From a virus (lineage: Duplodnaviria; Heunggongvirae; Uroviricota; Caudoviricetes): DNA of 64,000 bases. Position 1 is the first letter of the stretch. Each line of letters opens with the position of its first letter. The translations under genes and the position numbers were made by a program. The stretch lies in the IMG/VR virus record IMGVR_UViG_3300010369_000001, one strand, 5' to 3'. Below the pieces are notes generated by a model. The model was not told the origin of the DNA and made no database searches. It saw only the letters and a list, made by a program, of their open reading frames with translations. This document shows positions 36,111 through 44,259 of the stretch, one piece after another.

Positions 36111-36895
36111 TATTCTTCTGGAGTAGATTCTCTATTATCTATTATTGTGCTATATATTTTAGAAAGCTCCTTAAAAGTTTTCCTAGCCGATCTAGTCAAA
36201 TCCTCAAAACCAGCCGTAACTGGCTCTTTTACCGGCTGTCGCTGCTTATTATTTCGAGGTAGCTCCGCAACTGCAGAACTATCTGCATTAAAGAATTTTG
36301 CAGCAAACGCTTGAATTTGTGGATCAGCTTTAATGCGCGCAATTGACAACATCGTAGTATCAATACTTTCGCTCATCACTAAACTGCCATCAGAAAAATG
36401 TGCATCAATATGCGCAACAGTAATCCAGCCTGTTTGCTGTTTACCCTTGAGCTTAGCTAAAATATCCTCAATCTGACATAAACCTAAGCTAAAAAATGCT
36501 ACATTTTTTCTGACAGTGTCAAAATAAGCTTTACCGGCCACAAACTGGCAAAAACCTACCCATAAATGAGACGGAATTGTCCAAAGAGTTTTGTTCCAAA
36601 ATGCCTGGTTACCATAAAAACCATCAACTATATCAGCTGGCAGTAAGCTCAGCTTATTAATGCTCTTCCTATACTTATCGGGTAAGTCAGAAAATAATGG
36701 GTCAAAATCAAGCTGATTTTCATGTGCCCATGCGTACACAATGCCCGGGGTGAAATAAATTAGCTGGTGCTTTTCCTGAAAATCCTTTAAAGTATCTATC
36801 TTCCCAACAGGAATTGTCTCAGGCGTATATTTTTTTACGATCTCAAACTCTGCACTGACAACGCCTGGCGTTAGAAATTTAGTTTTCTGTTTCAT
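36110..36895 (-). CDS. Hypothetical protein
   Basis: ORF 36110-36949; start moved to ATG 36895 to reduce overlap. Confidence 0.7.
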   Translation of the reverse strand: MKQKTKFLTPGVVSAEFEIVKKYTPETIPVGKIDTLKDFQEKHQLIYFTPGIVYAWAHENQLDFDPLFSDLPDKYRKSINKLSLLPADIVDGFYGNQAFWNKTLWTIPSHLWVGFCQFVAGKAYFDTVRKNVAFFSLGLCQIEDILAKLKGKQQTGWITVAHIDAHFSDGSLVMSESIDTTMLSIARIKADPQIQAFAAKFFNADSSAVAELPRNNKQRQPVKEPVTAGFEDLTRSARKTFKELSKIYSTIIDNRESTPEE

Positions 36896-37922
36896 TATTT
36901 TCTTTACTTCTTGCGGTCTTAAATTCCTCAAGAAGAAACTTAGTTTCACTGGGTAACTCTTGTCCCAAATGTAGTCGCATTTGGTCTATTGTACGTAATT
37001 CTGCTGCGGACACTAGTATAGCCGCTGCATCACTATTTTGGTCAGCAAATTTTGTCATGTGCTCTTTAACGTCTTCACCAACCAGCGGAGCTACCGCTGA
37101 TAACGCTCTTGCCACATTTTGGATTATTTCTTGGTTTCCGGCAGCTTTAGCCTCTGATGCCAGTTTCAACGCCATCGCAAGAAACTCACCTTCTGTTTTA
37201 TTTAAAAAACGTTTTGATGAAGCCATTAAAGCACCTTCATTACTAATATTTGTTTCTAAGAAACGCTGGATAAATACGGACGCTAAATCGCGATTATCCG
37301 GCTTAGTGTCATTATAGAACCCGGTATAAAAAAGCTCCAATACAATTGTGCCCGCATAATAACCCATTTTGCGAATTGCACAAGCTCTGTCCCAATCTGG
37401 GGAGCGTTTAAAGTCATTATGCCCTACATATTTATTTGGAGATACAACATTATTTTCTACCCAGAAAGTTGACTCTCTACGATCCCACACGTCTAGGAAA
37501 AGTTGGTCATACCAGCATAAGGTAAGCGGATGTAAGCTGAATTTATTACATATCCACTCTAACGGAGAATCAGTTAAAAGAAATCCTTCTAAAACCCCTA
37601 GCTTAGATAACGAGGTATATTTTCTAAGAGTAAGAGCTTCATAAATACCGGGATATTTTTTCTTAACTAAAAAAATCTCTTCGGGTTCCTTGGCTTTAGC
37701 TAGCTCTTGGCAAAATAAAAAAAAGAACCTAATAGCACGGTCATCGTCATCAATTAACGCAAAGCTATCTTCATCTTTATTAAGAAGATACTGAACCCGT
37801 TCATATCTCCAAGAAGGAGGCCTAGATGGGTCTTCAGCCGTATAAAGAATATACGGCTCTTTCTTTACTTGTTTTTCTGGTTTTTCAATTGTCTCTTCGG
37901 ACATATTTTTTACCGGTATCAC
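36879..37922 (-). CDS. Hypothetical protein
   Basis: 347 aa; RPPSWRYERVQYL motif; no family recognised. Confidence 0.75.
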   Translation of the reverse strand: MIPVKNMSEETIEKPEKQVKKEPYILYTAEDPSRPPSWRYERVQYLLNKDEDSFALIDDDDRAIRFFFLFCQELAKAKEPEEIFLVKKKYPGIYEALTLRKYTSLSKLGVLEGFLLTDSPLEWICNKFSLHPLTLCWYDQLFLDVWDRRESTFWVENNVVSPNKYVGHNDFKRSPDWDRACAIRKMGYYAGTIVLELFYTGFYNDTKPDNRDLASVFIQRFLETNISNEGALMASSKRFLNKTEGEFLAMALKLASEAKAAGNQEIIQNVARALSAVAPLVGEDVKEHMTKFADQNSDAAAILVSAAELRTIDQMRLHLGQELPSETKFLLEEFKTARSKENNETEN

Positions 37923-38004
37923 GAAGCACTGTTAGGTAAGTAAACTGCTCACCTACTAAATTTAATTTACTCATAATTAAGCTATTTATAAAAAGTAATA
38001 TCTT

Positions 38005-38019
38005 TCATAAATACTTACC
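38005..38019 (-). promoter_or_regulatory. Class-1 phage promoter-like motif
   Basis: Minus: GGTAAGTATTTATGA, 14/15 identical to the 6703-6717 copy. Confidence 0.5.
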
Positions 38020-38035
38020 GTAGGATTAACTGTTA

Positions 38036-38452
38036 TTAATTTATTTCATGAAGTAATGCTGTGCAGATCCCTTTGAATAACATATCCTTACGTTGTTGGA
38101 ACTCAGGAAGTTCTTCAAACTTAACCATACACGGATGTTCCTTCTTAGCTGGGTCTTTAATCGGCCCATAAGTCCATCCATCAGCTTCCTTATATTTATA
38201 CCAGGCTTCGTGCGAAGCGCTAGCTGCCGATCCTGGATTTTCTAGATGAAACTTAACCCCCGCAACAGCACTTTCTTGCTGCCACTCGGGCGCATTTACC
38301 CAATCCGACTGACTGTTATCCCCATTAAATTCACACCAAAGTTTATTTGCTTCATGACAAAGCTTAGCTACAAACCGGTAATATAGCTCCCTTTGCGCAG
38401 CTACCTCTTTTTCTAATTGTGCGTCCATTGTTCTCTTTCTTTTGTTAAACAT
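38036..38452 (-). CDS. RyR (ryanodine receptor repeat) domain protein
   Basis: SHEAWYKYKEADGWTYGPIKDPAKKEHPCMVKFEELPEFQQRKD. Confidence 0.85.
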   Translation of the reverse strand: MFNKRKRTMDAQLEKEVAAQRELYYRFVAKLCHEANKLWCEFNGDNSQSDWVNAPEWQQESAVAGVKFHLENPGSAASASHEAWYKYKEADGWTYGPIKDPAKKEHPCMVKFEELPEFQQRKDMLFKGICTALLHEIN

Positions 38453-38657
38453 TTTCTATGGCGCTTTGAATGTCTTCCACCGCGCCATTCTTCTGAAGCA
38501 GCTTACTTACTACCTCAACATTTTCTATTAAAGCAGAAATAACAGCCATTGCAACGGCCTGTTCTTCCTCACTGCACACCGTCTCATGCCATCCACTATC
38601 CAATCGATCTTGAATTGCGTGAAGGGTATTATCTAATATTTTTGTAAATTTTGCCAT
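38445..38657 (-). CDS. Hypothetical protein
   Basis: 70 aa coupled ORF. Confidence 0.6.
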   Translation of the reverse strand: MAKFTKILDNTLHAIQDRLDSGWHETVCSEEEQAVAMAVISALIENVEVVSKLLQKNGAVEDIQSAIENV

Positions 38658-38670
38658 AGTCTTATATAGG

Positions 38671-39093
38671 TTATTTCCTTCTACGGAAAATTAATCTAGG
38701 TATCGATTTTAATAATAACCTCACTCTACGACAAAAATAGACAAGAATTGATGGTTGGGGTGGCTCTATTTTTTCACAAATTATTGCTGAGTGTATATTG
38801 CCATATCTTGTTATATACACTAAAGCCGCGCCGCCTCTACCATATAAATGCGGAAAATATGGCTGTACTTTTTCCCAGTCATCTTTAACATGCTCCCATA
38901 AAGCTGGAAACCAAATATCTTGGGAAGCCAAAAGGAGCTTAATGTTTGCCACATTATGATTGACCCGCTCATGTCCTAATGGCTGCTTATGCCCTACGTG
39001 TCGGTACCAGTCTACCAAGTCAGCCTCTGTGCGATATAGCACGTCCCGCATAACATTCTCAAATACTGCCCTTTTATTTACAGCTACAGTCAT
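38671..39093 (-). CDS. Hypothetical protein
   Basis: 140 aa ORF. Confidence 0.65.
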   Translation of the reverse strand: MTVAVNKRAVFENVMRDVLYRTEADLVDWYRHVGHKQPLGHERVNHNVANIKLLLASQDIWFPALWEHVKDDWEKVQPYFPHLYGRGGAALVYITRYGNIHSAIICEKIEPPQPSILVYFCRRVRLLLKSIPRLIFRRRK

Positions 39094-39487
39094 ATACGTA
39101 CTCCGTTGACCACCAAATATCTTTAAAACCTAAATCTTCTAAGAGCTTCTCACAAAATTTACAAGGTTTTGCCATTCCCACTGAACCATCTGCCATTATT
39201 CTAAAATTAGCTACAGTGCAGCTATTAAATAACGCAGCTACGTTTTGCATGTGATATTTCTTATTCTCGCCCCTAATCTGCACCTTAAGTATGGCATCAA
39301 GCTCACTGTGAATACGACGAAAACTATGCTCGCTCTTTACATGCGTCTTCTGCGTATAATTAACGCCCATACTTATAATCTTAGCTCCATCCAAGATAAA
39401 AGTGAAATGTGTTATTTTACGCGGACGATGTTTTAACTGCCACCCCGCACATATTTTCCTTAGCCTCTCAAAGAGTTTTTTGTTCAT
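39074..39487 (-). CDS. Zinc-dependent cytidine/dCMP-deaminase-like protein
   Basis: IHSELDAI ... MAKPCKFC (HxE...PCxxC); start moved to ATG 39487 (ATGA overlap). Confidence 0.8.
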   Translation of the reverse strand: MNKKLFERLRKICAGWQLKHRPRKITHFTFILDGAKIISMGVNYTQKTHVKSEHSFRRIHSELDAILKVQIRGENKKYHMQNVAALFNSCTVANFRIMADGSVGMAKPCKFCEKLLEDLGFKDIWWSTEYVYDCSCK

Positions 39488-39894
39488 GTAACATATTTCC
39501 TTGTTAAGTGCTCCACTACGTCGTCTAACCAACGTGCAGGGGTTCCATGAGATAATAGCGCGTCTCTGCAAATAAGAATGTGATTGCTGGTAACTGTAAA
39601 CCCATGAGCCTCCATCAGCTCAAAACCTTTACACCACGGATTTACTTCGGCATCTATAGCCCATACATAAACTTCAGTATCCAAACAATGAGCTAACTCG
39701 TGGAAAAATAGCGCTATTAGTTCTTCTGGGTGCCCAGAGTCCTCTAAGTCAATATGTCGAACAATCGTCTCGCCATCAATTTTAGTGCGCGCTGCCCAGC
39801 CATTAGCTTTTTTTTTAGTTTTCCAGAAATAACAGCACACTCCGTGCCTATTAGCAATCTTTCTAAGCTTCTCCTTCAATCTTTCTGTCTTCAT
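39484..39894 (-). CDS. HExxH metallopeptidase-like (ImmA/IrrE-like) protein
   Basis: LFFHELAHCL ... EVNPW. Confidence 0.55.
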   Translation of the reverse strand: MKTERLKEKLRKIANRHGVCCYFWKTKKKANGWAARTKIDGETIVRHIDLEDSGHPEELIALFFHELAHCLDTEVYVWAIDAEVNPWCKGFELMEAHGFTVTSNHILICRDALLSHGTPARWLDDVVEHLTRKYVT

Positions 39895-40664
39895 TAATTA
39901 GCCTCTGGGGATAAATCCTGCAGCCATTTTTGTAACTCAGGGTAATGGTTAATGATCTGATTTATGTATAACGAAATATGATCCCTAACTTGATTTTGTC
40001 GCCACAGCGAAGTACCGCCGGCAGTGTTTATTTCACATATTGAAATTGGGCGAGAATGATTAAACGGAACACAACAACACTTTGTACGCTGTAATAACAT
40101 CATTGCCCAAAACCAAGCGTCACTTGATCCCCGACTCAATTTCTTTATTAGAGCTAAATTAGTTGCGTCAGGGTGTAAACTACCTGGCGGATATAGTATT
40201 CCAGTATCTCCGTGTGGAAAGATTATAAATGACTCATGCTCCGACTGCGCCTGCTCACCGCGCCAAGCGCCTGTGGTTATTCCTAGCTTTTTAACCCATT
40301 TCGCATGATAAGCAACAACACAACTTGGATGACGATTAGCCGTTGAAATTAGGCGCATATACCAGTTCCTTGGATAATACATGTCATCATCTGCTGTAAT
40401 GATTGTGTGTTCAGGATATTCCTTTAACGCCCACACCAGCTTAGATAATGGGCCCAAATCTTCAGGCGCCTGCCTAATTTCAAAACGCTTAAAAACTTGA
40501 CTCAATGTTTTAAGACGCCAAGGCACTTCCGCCTCACCATTTACCCACAAAATTATTTTTTCAAGCCCGGTATCAATATTTTGATCTAAAAGCGTATTAA
40601 CCGAGCGATACGCAGACTCGGTTAATCTGGCGCCAAACGACGCTAAAGAAATAATTACTTTCAT
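39894..40664 (-). CDS. GT-A (family 2-like) glycosyltransferase
   Basis: DLGPLSKL, IITADDDMYYP, GDTGILYPPGS, DAWFW. Confidence 0.8.
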   Translation of the reverse strand: MKVIISLASFGARLTESAYRSVNTLLDQNIDTGLEKIILWVNGEAEVPWRLKTLSQVFKRFEIRQAPEDLGPLSKLVWALKEYPEHTIITADDDMYYPRNWYMRLISTANRHPSCVVAYHAKWVKKLGITTGAWRGEQAQSEHESFIIFPHGDTGILYPPGSLHPDATNLALIKKLSRGSSDAWFWAMMLLQRTKCCCVPFNHSRPISICEINTAGGTSLWRQNQVRDHISLYINQIINHYPELQKWLQDLSPEAN

Positions 40665-40668
40665 GACA

Positions 40669-40941
40669 CTATTGTAACGAAATGAACCTAGCTAGCGTCC
40701 AGCTCCGAAAGCCGTCTAGATCATAAGGCGTGGGCCATTTCGGATAATTTACCGGCTCTTTTGGTCTAATGCGGCGCCAGGCCTTATTTCCTGGCGGACT
40801 ATTAGGAGAGTCTTCGGTATAAACCTCAACAGTTACATCGTGCCACCAGTCTGAAGTAAAATGAGAAATTAATTTATAGGTGCCATCTGGCAAAACATGC
40901 CAGGGCTCAAATACCTTTAATACCTTCTTTCCGCAATCCAT
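40669..40941 (-). CDS. Hypothetical protein
   Basis: 90 aa Trp/Pro-rich ORF. Confidence 0.55.
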   Translation of the reverse strand: MDCGKKVLKVFEPWHVLPDGTYKLISHFTSDWWHDVTVEVYTEDSPNSPPGNKAWRRIRPKEPVNYPKWPTPYDLDGFRSWTLARFISLQ

Positions 40942-41638
40942 TTTGTTTCCTTCTAGCTAATCCCAAGCCCGCAAGCCCTACACCTAAAATAGCTAACGTA
41001 GCTGGCGCAGGAACCACTGGCCCCGCTGGCATATCAACAGCTAGCTCATCGCCAACTATTACTCTATATCCGTTATTTGGCGTACCTATTGAACGAAAAT
41101 TAATCTCAGAAATAAAAGCGCCATCATCAACTAAGATACCAAAGAAGTGACTGTTTATGTCTAATAAATAAGTCTCAGTTGAAAACTGCTGACCGCCTAC
41201 TGAGTATAAGGCGGAAACCTCGAATTGGATTGCAGCACTCCAGCTAGAGTGAGGCGTCACAGTCATGTAGAAGGAATTAATAAAATCCGCCGTACCGAAG
41301 GTAATGTCAAATTGATTTGCACTATTGTGCCAAAAACTGAGCGGATTTGTACCCGTAGGTGCCTGCATAAGCCCGCCACCGCCATTAAAATCGGACATAG
41401 TCAAATGACCAATAGCAAATTGATTATTCTCTCCTTCGATACCAAAACTCCAAACACGAGGAGCTTGATTATTACCTTCTTGTGTGAACGCCGTAAAAAG
41501 CCAATTAGGTTCATTGACCATTCGGGCATAATCACTCTGAGCATCAAACCAAGTATATTTTGTTAAGATGTCAGCTTGAATATTAGTGCTGATTAAAAAG
41601 GCAGTAGATAAAATTAATGTAAGAAAATACTTTTTCAT
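40907..41638 (-). CDS. Secreted protein with PEP-CTERM-like sorting tail
   Basis: Signal peptide; VPAPATLAILGVGLAGLGLARRK; SD AGGAGA. Confidence 0.85.
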   Translation of the reverse strand: MKKYFLTLILSTAFLISTNIQADILTKYTWFDAQSDYARMVNEPNWLFTAFTQEGNNQAPRVWSFGIEGENNQFAIGHLTMSDFNGGGGLMQAPTGTNPLSFWHNSANQFDITFGTADFINSFYMTVTPHSSWSAAIQFEVSALYSVGGQQFSTETYLLDINSHFFGILVDDGAFISEINFRSIGTPNNGYRVIVGDELAVDMPAGPVVPAPATLAILGVGLAGLGLARRKQNGLRKEGIKGI

Positions 41639-41767
41639 GTTATGTCTCCTAAATGTAAAGGGCGAGAATATGGCCTCCTATTAGAATATAAAGCAAATTC
41701 CGTGCCAATCAATGAAAAACTTTAATGCCTTATTTTCTAGGGTCTTTTAATAAGGCTCTTTTAGACG

Positions 41768-41925
41768 GTGCATCAAAATGCAGCAGCTCCCTTGCATTTT
41801 GATACACTAAAATCCGTTGTTCTAATTTCTTCGTCCTTACCCACGTTTGCCCTGTATACTCAGGCAGCTTATACCTTGGGAGATAGGATACTGGTAATCC
41901 CAGTTCTTTGGCACATCAACGGATA
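41768..41925 (-). ncRNA. Candidate structured RNA immediately 3' of tRNA-Pro
   Basis: ATCCGTTG/CAACGGAT-closed multi-stem domain followed by a 15-bp hairpin with a minus-strand U-G wobble. Confidence 0.45.
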
Positions 41926-41930
41926 CAAAG

Positions 41931-42005
41931 TCAGGGTAGTTGGGATCGAACCAACGGCCCCGTCGGCCCAAGCGACGTGCTCGTACCTTGCTGAGCTATA
42001 CCCTG
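41931..42005 (-). tRNA. tRNA-Pro (TGG)
   Basis: CAGGGTA/TACCCTG acceptor, CGTCG-CTTGGGC-CGACG anticodon arm, GTTCGAT T-loop; no encoded CCA. Confidence 0.93.
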
Positions 42006-42011
42006 ATTAAT

Positions 42012-42236
42012 CTAATAAACACCGTCACCTGGTATTTCACCAGCTTCATCTCCAATCGTGATATTAATTACCGGCGGAGCCGGTACCGGACAATTACACG
42101 GCCTATCACAAATTGGGGTTGGTGTATCGGGCGCAAAAAAGGCAGGCTGAATACACACAACCCATGTACCTATTGCGATGCACGAAATTACAATAACTTT
42201 GGCTAACTCAACTAAAATTTGGTCTCGAAGTGTCAT
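42012..42236 (-). CDS. Small membrane protein
   Basis: One TM segment then Pro/Cys-rich tail; TATAAT 7 nt before ATG. Confidence 0.6.
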   Translation of the reverse strand: MTLRDQILVELAKVIVISCIAIGTWVVCIQPAFFAPDTPTPICDRPCNCPVPAPPVINITIGDEAGEIPGDGVY

Positions 42237-42265
42237 AATACTTATTATACAAAAAGTATCTAGAC

Positions 42266-42298
42266 AAAAAAGTATATAGGTAAATTTACCTATATACT
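42266..42298 (-). terminator. Perfect 28-bp palindrome with U-tract (terminator)
   Basis: agtatataggtaaatttacctatatact preceded by an A run. Confidence 0.75.
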
Positions 42299-42309
42299 AA
42301 ATCCAATTG

Positions 42310-42960
42310 TTATGTACGAGAAACAGCCCCTATAAGAGCACTATCAAGAAAATCAGGTTTAATTGTAAGATGAGACTGGTCAGCTTCATTTTTTAGCTGC
42401 GCTATAGTTGGCGTTGGCGGAATTACTTCTTGTAAATTCGCCTTCTTTGAACTAGCTGTGCGACCCCATTTTTCAGGAACATCCATTAACGTTACGCCAG
42501 CTAAACTTTTGTCCATTAGTTCTCGCGCGATGGCTGGAGTACCTCGTTTAAGATATTCTTCAAACTTTGAATCACCTCTACTACTAAATTTTCTGTACCA
42601 TTCAATTCCTTGGTTACAACTATTACAAAGAATCCCTCTAAAAACCCCGGTATCATGACAATGATCTAAGAAAAAATCTTTTTCCGTCTTAACTGTGTCA
42701 AACTCATCCAACGCTCTATTGCAGATGTCGCAACGAGTAGTTATCGCATGTCGAGTACGCAATTCATCACGATGAAATCCATACTGCACTTTCTTATTGC
42801 GCTTTTTCTGCTCCTTTTGTAACTTATCAGCTAACGAAATGGGCTCTTTTTTCTTTTTCTCTTTAAGGGGGCCGACAGTACGTGTTCTCGTAGTTGTTTT
42901 AATTACTGTTTCCGTAAAACCGTACTTCTCACACAATTGTTTAAATAATTTCTTCAACAT
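42310..42960 (-). CDS. Endonuclease VII-domain (His-Me finger) protein
   Basis: CDICN ... LDHCHDTGVFRGILCNSCNQGI. Confidence 0.85.
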   Translation of the reverse strand: MLKKLFKQLCEKYGFTETVIKTTTRTRTVGPLKEKKKKEPISLADKLQKEQKKRNKKVQYGFHRDELRTRHAITTRCDICNRALDEFDTVKTEKDFFLDHCHDTGVFRGILCNSCNQGIEWYRKFSSRGDSKFEEYLKRGTPAIARELMDKSLAGVTLMDVPEKWGRTASSKKANLQEVIPPTPTIAQLKNEADQSHLTIKPDFLDSALIGAVSRT

Positions 42961-43013
42961 AAATAAAGTGGGTTAAAAGACTAACACATAAAAGAAGTTT
43001 AATATTAAGAAAG

Positions 43014-43155
43014 AAGGTTATATCGATAGTGATTGTAACCCGATATATCCAGCTGTAGGCAGCCGTCAGGTTCCAAATCGATCATCACTTCAATGCCTCG
43101 CCATTAGGGATTTCCTACATTTCTAATAGTTAGCTGGCAACCCGAACATAACCTT
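43014..43155 (-). ncRNA. Candidate structured RNA immediately 3' of tRNA(CAT)
   Basis: Closing helix AAGGTTATGT/ATATAACCTT, inner CCAGC/GCTGG and TGTAGG/CCTACA helices, possible pseudoknot. Confidence 0.5.
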
Positions 43156-43157
43156 AT

Positions 43158-43229
43158 TTGCGGCAGGTAGAATCGAACTACCGAAAAAGAGCTTATGAGA
43201 CTCCTGAGATACCACTTCTCAATGCCGCA
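43158..43229 (-). tRNA. tRNA with CAT anticodon (elongator Met or lysidine-type Ile2)
   Basis: TGCGGCA/TGCCGCA acceptor, GGAGT-CTCATAA-GCTCT, GTTCGAT T-loop; lacks initiator hallmarks. Confidence 0.9.
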
Positions 43230-43622
43230 TCATTCATTAAATATGAAATATATTTTGATAGCTACTTCCTTGGGCATAATACCTTCTTGTTTTGCCTCTT
43301 TCTTAACTCGCAACAATTCAGCTCGAGGAACACCTCCGCCATCACCGCCCGCAGTTAAATTGTATAAGGGGGCATTGATGCTACGATAATAAGCTATCCA
43401 GTAGCGTTCTCGTTGAGCTAACTCCTCGCGAGTTGTAAACACTTGCTCAATCATCCTCACAGAAAAATTGAGCCGCCCGTGTTTGTTAATTGCATGATTT
43501 ATATATGTTCCTGACCCAAGATATTCTGGAACAAATACTGGTGAAACTTTCTTACCAATATACCGTTTACCCGTAATTAAATTTCGAGTTTCGTACACAT
43601 AGCCTGCCATTTTTTCACTCAT
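43230..43622 (-). CDS. GIY-YIG homing endonuclease (Seg-like)
   Basis: GYVYETRNLITGKRYIG ... YLGSG ... ERYWI ... YNLTAGGDG. Confidence 0.88.
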   Translation of the reverse strand: MSEKMAGYVYETRNLITGKRYIGKKVSPVFVPEYLGSGTYINHAINKHGRLNFSVRMIEQVFTTREELAQRERYWIAYYRSINAPLYNLTAGGDGGGVPRAELLRVKKEAKQEGIMPKEVAIKIYFIFNE

Positions 43623-43624
43623 AT

Positions 43625-44134
43625 TTAAACATACCGAAACTCCAAATTTTCTGTTTGTAGCATTTTACCGCGACAACATCGGCTAATATTACTTTGATGT
43701 AAATTTAACTTTCTTGCAGCTTCGTGCGTAGAATAAAAAGTTTGATTTAAAGTCACACAATAAACTAATTTACCACGTGCCTTAGCTTTTCTAATAATTC
43801 CAGTCCCGTGGTGAACATTTTCCATGGGTGTACACCATTCTAAATTTGTAGCCCAATTATTTAATTTACATTCATCTATATGATTTACATGTGGCTTATT
43901 ATTTATGTTTGGCACAAATGCCTCTGCAACCAACCTATGAATGTAATGATAAACTTTTTGACCCTCTTTGCATAGAACAACTTGACAATAACCGCCAGGC
44001 GTTAATTTGGGCTTTAAAATACGTTCTTTAATTAAACGCACTCCAATATTGCGCGCCAAACTTTTTACCTGACCTAAATTTGATACTTTGTAAAAATTTT
44101 CATATCCTTTAATTTCTTGCCAAACTTCATTCAT
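43625..44134 (-). CDS. NUMOD4-HNH homing endonuclease
   Basis: EVWQEIKGYENFYKVSNLGQVKS; HRLVAEAF...VNHIDECKLNN...NLEWCT; NUMOD1-like tail. Confidence 0.92.
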   Translation of the reverse strand: MNEVWQEIKGYENFYKVSNLGQVKSLARNIGVRLIKERILKPKLTPGGYCQVVLCKEGQKVYHYIHRLVAEAFVPNINNKPHVNHIDECKLNNWATNLEWCTPMENVHHGTGIIRKAKARGKLVYCVTLNQTFYSTHEAARKLNLHQSNISRCCRGKMLQTENLEFRYV

Positions 44135-44160
44135 GATAGTTTATTATACTCTGGAAAAAC

Positions 44161-44244
44161 AGGCGCACTAAGAATCGAACTCACACGCCTATGAAAGCTT
44201 CGGAACCACAATCCGACGCGTCTACCAATTTCGCCACATTCAAC
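44161..44244 (-). pseudogene. Pseudo-tRNA, GTG (His) anticodon, Leu-like long variable arm, non-pairing acceptor stem
   Basis: D arm GGCGAAATTGGTAGACGC, TCGGA-TTGTGGT-TCCGA, GTTCGAT present; 5' TTGAATG cannot pair with 3' TGCGCCT. Confidence 0.75.
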
Positions 44245-44259
44245 ATATATTAAACGCGC

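Noticed and set aside
41830-41870. c-di-GMP-I riboswitch
   Set aside because: Only ACAGGGCAAAC matches; the expected P2/P3 tetraloop-receptor architecture is not evident.
43014-43155. Hammerhead ribozyme or 6S RNA
   Set aside because: GTGATGA is not followed by a stem II and GAAA core; too short and lacking the symmetric central bubble of 6S.
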